Assembly: GCA_036172245.1 (NCBI GenBank)
Contig: JAYWIR010000053.1
Span: forward strand, 372,001 to 436,000
From: Raillietiella orientalis
Taxonomy: Eukaryota
DNA: 64,000 bases
Direction of reading: 5' to 3'
In this document: piece by piece, positions 48,358 through 60,800 of the stretch
Layout: every line of letters begins with the position of its first letter
Position numbering within the stretch: position 1 is the stretch's first letter
Position numbers and translations under genes: made by a program
The notes under the pieces: generated by a model
Databases searched by the model: none
Seen by the model: only the letters and a program-made list of their open reading frames with translations
What the model was told of the DNA's origin: nothing

Positions 48358-48725
48358 GGTTGAAGTCTCCCGCTATCATTTGAGTCTTCCGCACATTCGT
48401 TTCCGCAAGCCTGTTGCGCATCGATGTTTCCAGGAACACTGTGCGTTCCCGGTACCCCTTTTTTCCGCTGGGGGCGTACACGTTTGTGACGATTAAGTCG
48501 ATCGACGCTGCACTGCGACGTCCGCCACCTGTTGCGACGGAACGCTAGGTGGAGGAGGGGGTGCTGAGGGCACCTGGTCCCCCTCCTCCATTGTTATCGG
48601 CGCGTTGGGCGGGTCTCTCGCAGATGGGGTCGCGCCTACCTTTCTGTTCTCCTCCATGGGAGCGGGCTGTTCAGGGTCGGCGACTGCAAGGCGGAATTCG
48701 CCCTCCTGCTCACCCTGATCCATTG
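48358..48725 (-). mobile_element. Lineage E remnant: ORF1 tail fused by deletion to endonuclease IDLIVTNVYAP...IAGDFN
   Basis: PMEE repeats; similarity to 16600-16740 and 17090-17300. Confidence 0.85.
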
Positions 48726-48764
48726 GGGTGAGCAGTTGGTGCGGCGTTTGCAGGGCAGAAGGAC

Positions 48765-50778
48765 TGGGTTCGGCGTGGCATAAGGCAGGGTGACAGTCTG
48801 AGCCCCCTGCTTTTCAGCATCTACTTCGAGCTGTTGCTGCGGACATACAGGGAGACTCTTGCAACCCTGCCGAGCTCGTGTCCCGGCACGCCTGCCCTGT
48901 CGGCCTACGCCAACGACCTTCTGCTCCTGCTCCCCGGGTCCACCCCTGCGTCCGCGCTCCAAGATTTCTTTGAGTTGCTGCGCCGCGGAACAGGCCTCGA
49001 CGTGAACAGAGAGAAATCTTCAATTGTTCCAAAATCACCACTGCTTTTTCACAATACGGCGTGGGCCGGACGTACGGACGGGATCCACTTGGGGATCCCC
49101 ACGGGCAGGTGCTTCAAGTACTTGGGCGTTCCGTTGGGGGACTTCTGAGCGGCAGAAGCCTTGTCCGACTGTTTCCAAAAGGTGGAGTTGGCGATCGGCC
49201 CCTTGCGGAACGACAAGTTGTACTTTCAAAAGCGGGCCGCGGTGTGGAACGCGTTCGCGGCCCCCTTCCTTCTCTCCTTACTTTTTGTTTGCCCCGCCCC
49301 TCCCATCATACAGACACGGACCAAAGCCCTCTTGAAGACCGCCCTTTGGGGCACAGCGAGGTCGCGAGTCCGATTGAAAGACTTGTGCACTCCACGCAGA
49401 AACGGTGGTTTGGGCCTCCTGACGAGGGAGCGCATGCAAAAAAAAATCAACCTTCGGAAGCTAGCCCTTGCGGCGAACTTATGGATGACGCCATGGTGCG
49501 AACCGTCACGACTCCTTGCCAGAAGAGTGACCGGCTGCGAAGGATTGTCCTCGATCTTCGTGGCCTACCAGCGCAGCCTCGGTAACAACTGTGGCTCTCA
49601 TCTGCGTCAGATAATCGCCCTGCTCATGGAGAATACCTGGATTTCCTGCCTTTCCGCGATCTGCACTGCCTTGCTTCAGGTGTCAGTCTCCGCGTGGGCT
49701 AAGATTAGCGGCACGAGCGAGGCGGAATACAACTGCCTACGCCGAGGACCGTACGCTCGACAGCCGCTGCAGGAGATTATCAACACTCCCCGGAAGTTTC
49801 TGTGGGCTTCTTTCACCCTCCTTGCCCCTGTTCTGTCCTCCATGAAAAACATGAGGAGCAGCAATGAGCGCACATCGTGAGAAGTGTCCTGCCTCATCCG
49901 AGGCAAGAGAAAACCTTTTAAGGCGTGGACGACTCGGGAGCTAACGGACGCTGCCACCCCGAGCGTCCCGCCTCACGGACGTGTGCGCTGTGGAGAGCTG
50001 CTCGGAATACCTCCGGAGGAGGTGAAGTGGCCCCAAGCGTGTTGGGATTGCGGCACACTTCCGTTAAAGTGGCAGGAGACGGCGTTTCTTTTTCTGCACT
50101 GGAGACTGTTAAGCAGAGCACGCCTGTCTCACTGGACACTGGGGAATGTGGATACCCGCTGTGTCGATTTCGGTGAAAGAGAAACCTTTCCGCATCTCAC
50201 CCTCGAGTGTGTCGCCCTGGTTGGACTCTGGAGTCGAATCGCCCCATTCTTCCATCTTCCAGTAAGCGACCCTAAGTAAATTTAGCGTCGCCTCTTTCTG
50301 CGTGACGGCCTGCGCCCCGCTGCGTCTCTAGCAGTCCTCTGCTGCGTGCGCGGAATCGTGCAAAGGTGGAACGCGTTAAGAAGAGGCCCAAGATGCAGGG
50401 ACGCCATCCACTGGACGACGAGCTCCTTGGAAACGGCGACAAGGTGGCGTCTACTAGCAATGACAAAAACGGAACTTGTCTGCATCCTGCAGAGGATGCG
50501 GAGGACCTACCCAGGCGCTCATTGATCCCCTCCCTGCCCTATACTTCCCCATATAACTATTCCCCCTCCCCGTTGTTTCCCTTTTTGTTACCTTGTTATT
50601 TATTTTCCCCCTCCCCCGCGCCTGGGGAGAGGACCTCGCCGGTCTAATGACCGGGTAGCGAGAATATTGCAGCGTAAGAGAACCGAGTGTTCCCTCACAA
50701 AAAACTTTTTTAAGGCTTTATTATCTGATTTTCGTCACCAATTAGAATAATAAATGCCACGGAATATCCCGGTGACAA
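48765..50778 (+). mobile_element. LINE lineage B (copy B'), 3' half, disrupted
   Basis: Closely similar to the reverse complement of 1781-3790; YAND; terminus AATAAATGCCACGGAATATCCCGGTGACAA. Confidence 0.92.
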
Positions 50779-52194
50779 ACTTCAACCTTTATCCCTTGGT
50801 GGAAATCGACATACATGCCTTTGATTGCGAATGAACGCCGAATACCGTGTACCAAGTTGGATCAAGGACTTGATCTTTTGATTATCGAAGTCCATGTAAC
50901 TCAAGACACGAGTCTAATGCTCACATGCACTTTTGCAAATCAAGAGACTCGTTCTGCTATACAGGGGATGCGTTGATTCATTTGCACACCTGCGTTCAGC
51001 TGTGCATATTGACGTGTGCACACGCTGGCGGTTTTTCCAATTTGGATACGATTAACCTGTCGGGATGCATTCTGACGAAAAATGCAGACTCACAACAGCA
51101 ACACATGGAATCCAGTTGGGCGATCTTCGCTAAGCATTCTCCAGCTGATGGAATGTTCGCGTCATCCGACGGGTGTCACGCTATGTGGAAGCTGCCTGAT
51201 CACAAACAGCATGGAGTGTCTGAACCGTTACTATGGAATAACATTTCTTCGTTAAAGCCTAGACGATCCGAGAAGTCACCTGCTCAGTTTCCTGGATCCC
51301 CTTTCCAGGCTTGTAGGCGGGTTGCGGGTGACTGACATTCGCGAATCAGCTGATTTCGCGATCAGCAAGATGACGGATCTCTCCGCTGTGCGCCTTTACC
51401 ACGAGTTTTTCCGTTTTCTTTGCAAAGTGGTTGCATTTTTCGCTCTTTCTTTCTATCTTTGTTCTTGGGAAGCCGCACCAATCCTGGAGTTAGTCTAATT
51501 TTTAACTGCAGCGTGCATCCCACTATCTTTCGGAATCGAACGGTAAAACAGTTATGAATTTGCATTCGTTCGGACGTGCCGCTGCAAAGGAGGGAACTTT
51601 GTGGAGGATTCACTTTCAATCATTACACAATTCCTCCATTCCAGGTTGAATTGAAGTGCATTAGGGAACAGCACAAATGGACATATTTCGAAATTCTGGA
51701 AGAACACTGCAAGCGTTTTGCAGTCAACATGCGTTCCCATGCTGCCACGCAACGAAACCTTCTCGTGGCAACTACGCAGCTAAACACTTCGTCGCGGCGT
51801 TCCAGCAGCCGCAAGCGCCCCTCATGGCGCGCCTGCGACCAGGCGATCCCACGTACGCGTTCGCGGTCGGCACGCGGTGGCGGGCGCCGTGCTTCGCGCT
51901 CGGCCGCCCACGGCTGACTGACATGCAGCGTCCGCGGATCGACGGCGGCTCGCGAGCGCGCAGGCGCGGATCGCCGCCCGCGCACCGCCGGTCGCGACAG
52001 CGCCATCTGCCCCCATCCGCTGCTGAACGTTGGTCTCGCTGCCGTGACGACACACATCATTGTTTCGTCGTCCGACATTCTATCGCCCGATCTCGGGTTC
52101 GAATTTTCCAGCATTCGAGAAACACTTTCAGTCGACGACGGACTGTGTTCTCTCTTGTCTCGCGTTCAGCACGTTTGCTCTTTTGGGAACGTTT
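50779..52194 (+). repeat. 1416-bp direct repeat, copy 1 (host-like DNA with CpG-rich end)
   Basis: Matches 59385-60800 at offset 8606; I saw only about 4 substitutions. Confidence 0.96.
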
Positions 52195-55100
52195 CCACTG
52201 CACGCCAGACGTACCATCGGACCCAGGGATCGACTCCAGCCTCCCGCAGTGAGTACCGCCGTCCATCACGACGTCAGACAGCAGCTGCGAGCGCGCGGCC
52301 TGTGGTCCTCTGGCCGCACTCGCTCGCGCATGCGTCCCGCGCGCCCCCGCTCATGGCGAACACGGCCGTGAGCGTTCGGCGGCGGCTCGCGGCAGCGCAC
52401 TGCGCCTGCGGGCAGGCCGCGTGCGGGCGCACGCGCTTCCGCGGCCATGCGACCTCGAAAGAAGCCAAACTTTCCGTGCAACGCTCGCTGCCTGCGCGAG
52501 GAAAATGGGAACACCCTACTCCACATGCGTGTTATCTGAACGCCCTGCGCGAACAAGAGGAGTGGTTTCATGTTTACCTGTCCGATTGTTTTTCCAGGCA
52601 TGCTTGACAAATTTGGTAATCCCACGAGGAGGAAGTGGACCAGGTTCCACCTTCGCCTCCTAATCCAGAACAGACGTTCCCTCCGCTGGTATTTCCGACA
52701 CCCCACGAAGTTGCACAGCGTAGTCGAAGTGCCCGAAGAAGAGCAAAGCGCGGAGCTGATAGTGCAGAAGCTTGCGGGATATGCCGTGTAGAAGGACCTG
52801 CATGTGCAGACAGCAGCAGGGCAGTCGGAGCAGCAGCAGCTGCTCTCTGGCGCCAGGGTCTCGCACGCTTGCCGGCCGGAGCACGACCACTACGGAGCGC
52901 ACCGGCGTCCATTGGGACGCTGCCCCTCGAAGAACGCATCCGCTCGTAGTATGGATGCCTCCTTCCGCATTCCTGGACAACTGTCGCACAGCTGGCGCCG
53001 CGCACTTCCTCTCCTGGCTGCGGCCTGCATGCTACCGTGTGAGAGTGATTCCCGAGGAGACCCTCAAACGCTACGCCATCCATGGGAAGGGAAATGTGGT
53101 TCTTTCTAATCCCCACTTTACTGCTGGTCTGCCATCTCAGTTTACTACTCCTTCGCCGCCAGCTTCGTTACCCCGTGGCATTTGTTCCCTTATTAAGGTT
53201 TGTGATTTGGTGGTATCGGAAAAAGCAACGGACTGGTCCTGCTGGCACGAGTGTCGTCCGCTCATCTTGTTCGTCCTCTGTTTCATGAGACGCCATTTGA
53301 GTTCAGTTCTCAATCCCGGATTCTGGAGTCGAGTGAGTTTGACGAAACCAAAGCTGCCGGCCAATCTTAAGAGAAATTCATATGTTCATTAATACGCAAA
53401 TAAACTTCAGCAGGAAACAAACATTATTATTTATCAACTAACACATAGCAGCAACATATTCAAGAATTGGCATTGACTTATACGTTGAAATTGCTGACAG
53501 ATAAAGGCCTATATGCTTTTTTTGGTCGTTGAGAACATGGCTGCACACATAGCAAACTAAAGATGATATTCACATGGGATACCTCAATTGTGAACACATA
53601 CATTCATCGTGGGCTCGCATTCCCGAAAGCAACGTCATTCCCCCATTTGCTCAAAAATTTTTTCCGCAGTTTTTGGAACGAAATTGGAAGATTTTTCTCT
53701 GCTTGTTCCATGAGTTTTCCGTTTCTCTCCTTTTCCCATAGATTCTTTACCATACTGGCATTCTGAAACACTGTACACATTCGCTCGCTTCATATACATT
53801 CTACTTACATGTACCAATATATATCTTTTTGTAAACACAAGTACATTTTATTGCAAGCAATGTACAAGGAACTTTAATGTTTGTGAGCTTCCTATACGTG
53901 TTAAACATATGCACATGGAACTACTTGTGTTCATAGGATGTAAATTCTTCATTACGGGTAGATGAATTGCTGATGAGCACGAGAGGACTTCCCTCTTCGC
54001 TGCCCATAACTTGTCGTCATGGGAAACTTCTTCAGCGTCGCAAACAACATTGCTGCAAGGAAGATCATCCCTCGGAACACAAGCTCGTTTCTAGAGCAGA
54101 GCACATCCTACCACACCTCGAGGACATCCCGACTGCGGATCGTCCGCAATTCAGCAAAGCCATTGAAAAGAGGTATCCAGCCTCCAGTTTTGCCACGCAG
54201 CAAAGAGAATTGCAGAATCGAGATTTCGGCCGGCAGATATAGTTTTCCGATGTGATTGCCTTAGGCATTGCGATCCGTGCAGTCCCACGCTACTGAACTC
54301 TGCCGACTGCGTGGCCACATCGCACAAGACGGAGGCAGCTGCTGGTCAAAGTGGTCATGCTCGTCCTTAGCCCACTGGGCTGTTACTCAATTGGGCGCGC
54401 ATACGAGGTAGGAAGCAGACGCTTCTTTCTATCCCGATGTGGCCTCTTCTTCTCCTCGTCCCTAGCTTTTTTCTCTCCCTCTTGGCAACGACTGGGTGCG
54501 CTTGGGGGATCGTTGGCTTCCAAGTCGGGAAAGTGCACTTTCCGCGCTTTCTTCCTACCTATGGGCTGCGGTCGGCGACTGCTTCCGTGATGGCATCTCG
54601 GAGGGCGCAGAGGAAAGTCCTTTGGCGGAAGGTAGTGAGTGAGCAAATCTTTCTTTATCCATTCTAGTTACGGAAAATGAGCAACGAATATCATGAGTCT
54701 TATTTTCAAAACATCCTTTCATCGCATAGCTTAAAAAGGAAGCCGCTTATTCCTTCCAGGAACATTATGCATACACCATGTGTTTTGTCATTTGCCTTTT
54801 GAAAGCTGCTCTTGGCTGGGATGTGTTGTATAAAGTTTCGCATCAAATGGAGAGAAAACATGACAAGATGCCTGCCTGTGTTTTCAGATTTACAATATCG
54901 GTAGGGGGTTTCGAAAGAGCCCAAAAATGTTCCTACTTACAGCAAGCAAACATGTGGAGACTGTTAAGAAACTTCTTAGGTAGATGAGAATTTTCCAAAG
55001 TAGATGAGCGGATAGAACCTTTAGGACATGAAGGTGCAGATGTACAGCTTCCCACGAGGCTTAGCACGATAATGAATTTTCTTTTAAGCAGGTGTCGAGT

Positions 55101-58100
55101 TTTCGGATTTGGCATATGCAGATTTATCAGGAAAGGCGACAGCTCAAACTCTCCAGGAACTCGTGGTGGCATACTTTCGAGCGGAACACCTCCGTTTTCC
55201 CGGTTTGCTGGGAACAAACGGATCATCTTTTTCCTCTCTTAACTGTCAGCATGGAAGGTTGAAGGTTTCATAACGGCGTCGATAGGAAACTAGCCAAGCA
55301 GACTCAGTGCTGCTTGCATCCAAGACACAAGCTGCTCCTGTGCGGCGGTGGGAATCCTTGAGCTGTTCTTCCTGAACAGAAACTGAAGGAACGCACTTCT
55401 AAAAAAACAAATGTTCAATGGAAATCTTTATGCTAATTTTCTTGACATGTTCATTCCGTGCGTATACGAATGGGAATACCAGAGATAGCGACATTCATTA
55501 CACTTGACGGAGTACCCAAAAATTTTACACCTTGGATTAGTTCCGAAAAAGGAAAGAAAACCTCCATTCCCGCGACACGTGTATGTATTCCCAATGTGTC
55601 GCTTTTTCTATGTTCCTTGAAAGATACTGAAACCAATATGTCCACACTTCTCCACGCGTGGAAAAGTCCGGCACCATTGGAAAGGCTGCACAGGATCATC
55701 TTCTAAAACAGGGAAGAGATCATTTTCGTGTGAGTTTGACCCTTGGGATACACGGCGCTCTCAGGGATATAAGGATTGATGGACTCGGGAAACGAAGTCG
55801 CGTAGGGAGTCGATTTGTCGGCGCCCTCTGCACGCGCCGCGAAAGGAATGTTCGATCCGTCGGGAATTGTGGTCGGGTGGCCATATCGGATCTGTCGGGA
55901 AGTGTGGCCAGGCGGCACTAAGCTATCCGCCAACTTCTGCGGAGCAACGCTGATCGAGGCGGTCACTCGCTCGCGCAGAGTTCGCTCGTGCGCCACGCCC
56001 CGTACGCAAAGGTCGCCGTTCCCAGCAGCCTCGCATTTCGCCACGCGCCTTCGATACGCCTTGCGGCCGTGCCAATCCTTCGAGTCTTCCGGGAGCGGAA
56101 GGAGGGTGGACTGCACATCGCACTGGCCGTTGTTTATTTCCAGATCGGAGCGCTGACTGTGGTCAACCAGAAATTGGCTTTACTTCCGCTACACGAGAGT
56201 TGTTTATTAAGGGTCATCCTCCCAGGGAATCCTTGCAGTGTCACCTTCGTTACACAGTGGTTCTCATAGAGAGGAAACCTGGTTCTCCCAAGTCATCTCC
56301 ACGTACCCGCAGATGCCTGCAACGTTCTCCTTGAATATTCAGTGGTAATGTGCTTTCTAGAAAGGACGTCTTGTGCACGGTTATGTGATGTCTTTCATAC
56401 TCTCACCGAATCAAATCATTTCGCACCATCCGTCATCCTCATGGATACTTCTGAACTTCGGATCTTTTTTCTCCGAAGCCTTTGTTCTTCTTTTTCGTGC
56501 ACTTCAGCAACGATCGTCACCATCGGCGACAGCGCTTTCCTTCGTGATGGAACAAACAAGCAACAGGTTGCCAGCAGATTCTCATCGAATAAAGGACGAG
56601 ATTGAGGAGCACACTGCCGTGCTCGATTTCCTCAAGGCAAATCGCGTCCTTCGAGAAGGAGCATCGAGGTGCTTCGGTTTCACAGATCCCTTATCATCAT
56701 CTCCACCGTTTTGGAAGGAAGTAGGCCTTGTGAAAAAGAGTTGATCTGGTGGTCTCTTGCAGCTACGCTATGATCGTCCGGTTCCTGCGTGCTTTCAGGT
56801 GTTCACTTGCTCTCACCCTCTCCGTGGATCAACATTGCACGTCCATCGTCTTCCCTCAAGGTGGATTCACTCGAGACGAATCGCAACTGCTGAAGCACTC
56901 TCTCTCTGATTTTCTTCCGAGAGAGTAAAAGCACTTATGCAGACTGCATTCTAACTTTGGGCACAACGCCACAGCCGAATCGTATATGGTCATCGAGACC
57001 GCAACCCGCATATGTCGATGTAAAAGTAAGGTTTTCGTCGATCAACCGTTTGCTGTCACGGCACACCAACACGCCGCATTCAAACAGTCTCTTCATCATT
57101 GATTCCAAATTTCTTCCCTCTTTCGTGCCACCAAGACTGTCCTTGATCCTCCGCTGTCGGAGAATGTGTGGACAAAGCATCTGATTGAGGTCACTCTTCA
57201 TGGTCAGATATTCCTTGCAACATGCTGTCCGTGATTCGTTTAGATAATGTAGCTGCTGGACATTTCTCCAGCGGGATGCCTCTGCCCGAGTTTCTGACTT
57301 CCATGGTGTTCCTACTTCCTTCCAGCAAATGCACGTGGTCGTTCCCAGGAAAGGTGTACCCTCGGGCACCCACGGTCAATTCACAGATCTCAACATCTCG
57401 TTTTCCATACTGAAGATCAACTCTCGCACGCTCTGCAAACAAGGTGTCTTGCGACTTTTGACTTCCAGCAATTCAATTTCGGCCTTTTACGGAAGTATTT
57501 CAAGGTTTTTTAGGAAATTGTGGACTCGAAGGAAACCGGAGAATTCCAATTCTAACCGGGGGTAGGTGAGCAATCAGCAGATTCAAATTTTTACGGCCTA
57601 GAAGGCGTTATGCGACGAGGCGAGGAATCCTCCCACAATCACAATAACCACAGATAAAGGAACCCTTCATTTCACCTCCAAACTCCGCGAGGTTGAGGTA
57701 TTTGGAACCACGATACTCACCACGATTCGAGTACTATTCCAGATTGAGGAGAACAAGATTGATTCACATTTCCTAGCACAACGCTGCGAAATCTTCGTTT
57801 CGTCTTCTAGCCAGGAGAACGGTGGCATCAACTTAAGAGGAATTTATTTCCACTTGTATCCCACGATATTCAACGTGCGGCAGAAGTGCATCCACATCTG
57901 CAGGGCAGCGATGCCGTTGCATGCTTCCCCTGCCAATTTTCCTACCAGTTGCTCCGCCCCTTGAAGTTGTGTGTGTATGACTCGTGACCCATGTAAACAC
58001 TCGTCTCCGTGGGGATCGAATAGCCACCACGATGTAGCCTAACGTCAATGTACGTTGGCACTGTGACTTGGCGATGTATTTTCCCTGTACAAAACTTGCT

Positions 58101-59384
58101 GCTCTTGCTCACGGTCACAAGCAGTGAGCATTGCCGTGTGAATCGCTGCAATTGACGCACGTCCGCAGGAAACGCGTTTCATGCTGTCCTAGAGAACAGC
58201 GGTTGCTGATTTGCCTTTGTGCGTGCTTTCTGCAATAGCCAAAGGTTACGTGAGGAACCCGAAAATGTCAACAAGAATTGCATACTTCCTGCACACATCC
58301 TTCGCTCCACGTTCCTCGCTTTTCAGACGTGAACTTTCCTGTGCACTCCATTGTCGCCTGCATGACCTCGTGTGCGCGAGAAACACACTCGGATGCATAC
58401 CTCCTCGAGATCAGGCGCTCTTCTGGGATGGGACGCTCCGCGGAGAGGAAGCAGCGGATGCAGAATCTGCTCTGCTCTGTCTTGCCTCTTCGGAGTAAAT
58501 GCAGGCGCTTTGGACTGTCTGGAGAAACAGGATGGTCAGTTGCTGCTCTGCAGGGTTCACTTGTTTCGCGATGCTCAAGACCGTTTCCGTCGGCAGCTAT
58601 CGTTTGCATTTTTCCGTGTGACGGAGGTGTCAAACCTCACTTTGCTTGGACGCCGAAGATGCAGGTGTTCTCTTGCAAAAGTGCAACCTCCCGACGGAGT
58701 TGGCTTCCAGAAGCACTCAACAGTTTGTTCGGTCACGAGCTCGGAAGCGATGTCTGAGTAAAGTGGTGCGCTCCCAGCATCAATTCGAAGTAGATGCTGT
58801 GGGAGTGTGGGATCAGGCTGTCGCGCCTCCCTATAACGCGGCGATCCGCCACCTCACACACGTGCCCTTCCTTTCACGACGGATCGCTCCACTTAACCAA
58901 GCAAGCGGCAGGCCGACAGGAAATCACTTGGAAGTTTTCACACGCAAGGACATGATGCGAACCAACTCCGCTCTCTCCTCGCACTTGTGTTGCTCTCCAG
59001 AAAGCCAGCAAGGAAGTACCAAGATGAAGAAGTGTGGATTTGAGGTGCTGCACAGAAAGAAAACGCAATCTTTTGGGTGCATGGAGACAACTCGGCAATT
59101 AAGGAACCTACCATCCCGAATGGTTCATCCAAGGTTCTTGCACGTTGGAACAAGATGTTCGCAAACTCGCCTGTGGACGTGAAGGGTCTCCCGGAGTGCT
59201 TGATATGCAGCATCCTCCCCTTCAAATGACACAAATTCAGCCTGATCGTGGGTGATAGCAGGCTACAGATGCCGATATGATTTCCGCTCATGGAAGATGT
59301 GAGCATCAGCCTATTATCATCAACTTGAATACATATGGACAAACAAATGTGTCAATACTGTAATGTCTCTTTCTTTCTCCCAGT

Positions 59385-60800
59385 ACTTCAACCTTTATCC
59401 CTTGGTGGAAATCGACATACATGCCTTTGATTGCGAATGAACGCCGAATACCGTGTACCAAGTTGGATCAAGGACTTGATCTTTTGATTATCGAAGTCCA
59501 TGTAACTCAAGACACGAGTCTAATGCTCACATGCACTTTTGCAAATCAAGAGGCTCGTTCTGCTATACAGGGGATGCGTTGATTCATTTGCACACCTGCG
59601 TTCAGCTGTGCATATTGACGTGTGCACACGCTGGCGGTTTTTCCAATTTGGATACGATTAACCTGTCGGGATGCATTCTGACGAAAAATGCAGACTCACA
59701 ACAGCAACACATGGAATCCAGTTGGGCGATCTTCGCTAAGCATTCTCCAGCTGATGGAATGTTCGCGTCATCCGACGGGTGTCACGCTATGTGGAAGCTG
59801 CCTGATCACAAACAGCATGAAGTGTCTGAACCGTTACTATGGAATAACATTTCTTCGTTAAAGCCTAGACGATCCGAGAAGTCACCTGCTCAGTTTCCTG
59901 GATCCCCTTTCCAGGCTTGTAGGCGGGTTGCGGGTGACTGACATTCGCGAATCAGCTGATTTCGCGATCAGCAAGATGACGGATCTCTCCGCTGTGCGCC
60001 TTTACCACGAGTTTTCCCGTTTTCTTTGCAAAGTGGTTGCATTTTTCGCTCTTTCTTTCTATCTTTGTTCTTGGGAAGCCGCACCAATCCTGGAGTTAGT
60101 CTAATTTTTAACTGCAGCGTGCATCCCACTATCTTTCGGAATCGAACGGTAAAACAGTTATGAATTTGCATTGGTTCGGACGTGCCGCTGCAAAGGAGGG
60201 AACTTTGTGGAGGATTCACTTTCAATCATTACACAATTCCTCCATTCCAGGTTGAATTGAAGTGCATTAGGGAACAGCACAAATGGACATATTTCGAAAT
60301 TCTGGAAGAACACTGCAAGCGTTTTGCAGTCAACATGCGTTCCCATGCTGCCACGCAACGAAACCTTCTCGTGGCAACTACGCAGCTAAACACTTCGTCG
60401 CGGCGTTCCAGCAGCCGCAAGCGCCCCTCATGGCGCGCCTGCGACCAGGCGATCCCACGTACGCGTTCGCGGTCGGCACGCGGTGGCGGGCGCCGTGCTT
60501 CGCGCTCGGCCGCCCACGGCTGACTGACATGCAGCGTCCGCGGATCGACGGCGGCTCGCGAGCGCGCAGGCGCGGATCGCCGCCCGCGCACCGCCGGTCG
60601 CGACAGCGCCATCTGCCCCCATCCGCTGCTGAACGTTGGTCTCGCTGCCGTGACGACACACATCATTGTTTCGTCGTCCGACATTCTATCGCCCGATCTC
60701 GGGTTCGAATTTTCCAGCATTCGAGAAACACTTTCAGTCGACGACGGACTGTGTTCTCTCTTGTCTCGCGTTCAGCACGTTTGCTCTTTTGGGAACGTTT
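59385..60800 (+). repeat. 1416-bp direct repeat, copy 2
   Basis: Near-identical to 50779-52194. Confidence 0.96.

Noticed and set aside
57860..57925. HRCPADVD resembling the tobamovirus helicase RCPADV motif
   Set aside because: The downstream frame lacks helicase motifs V/VI and has several stops; probably chance.
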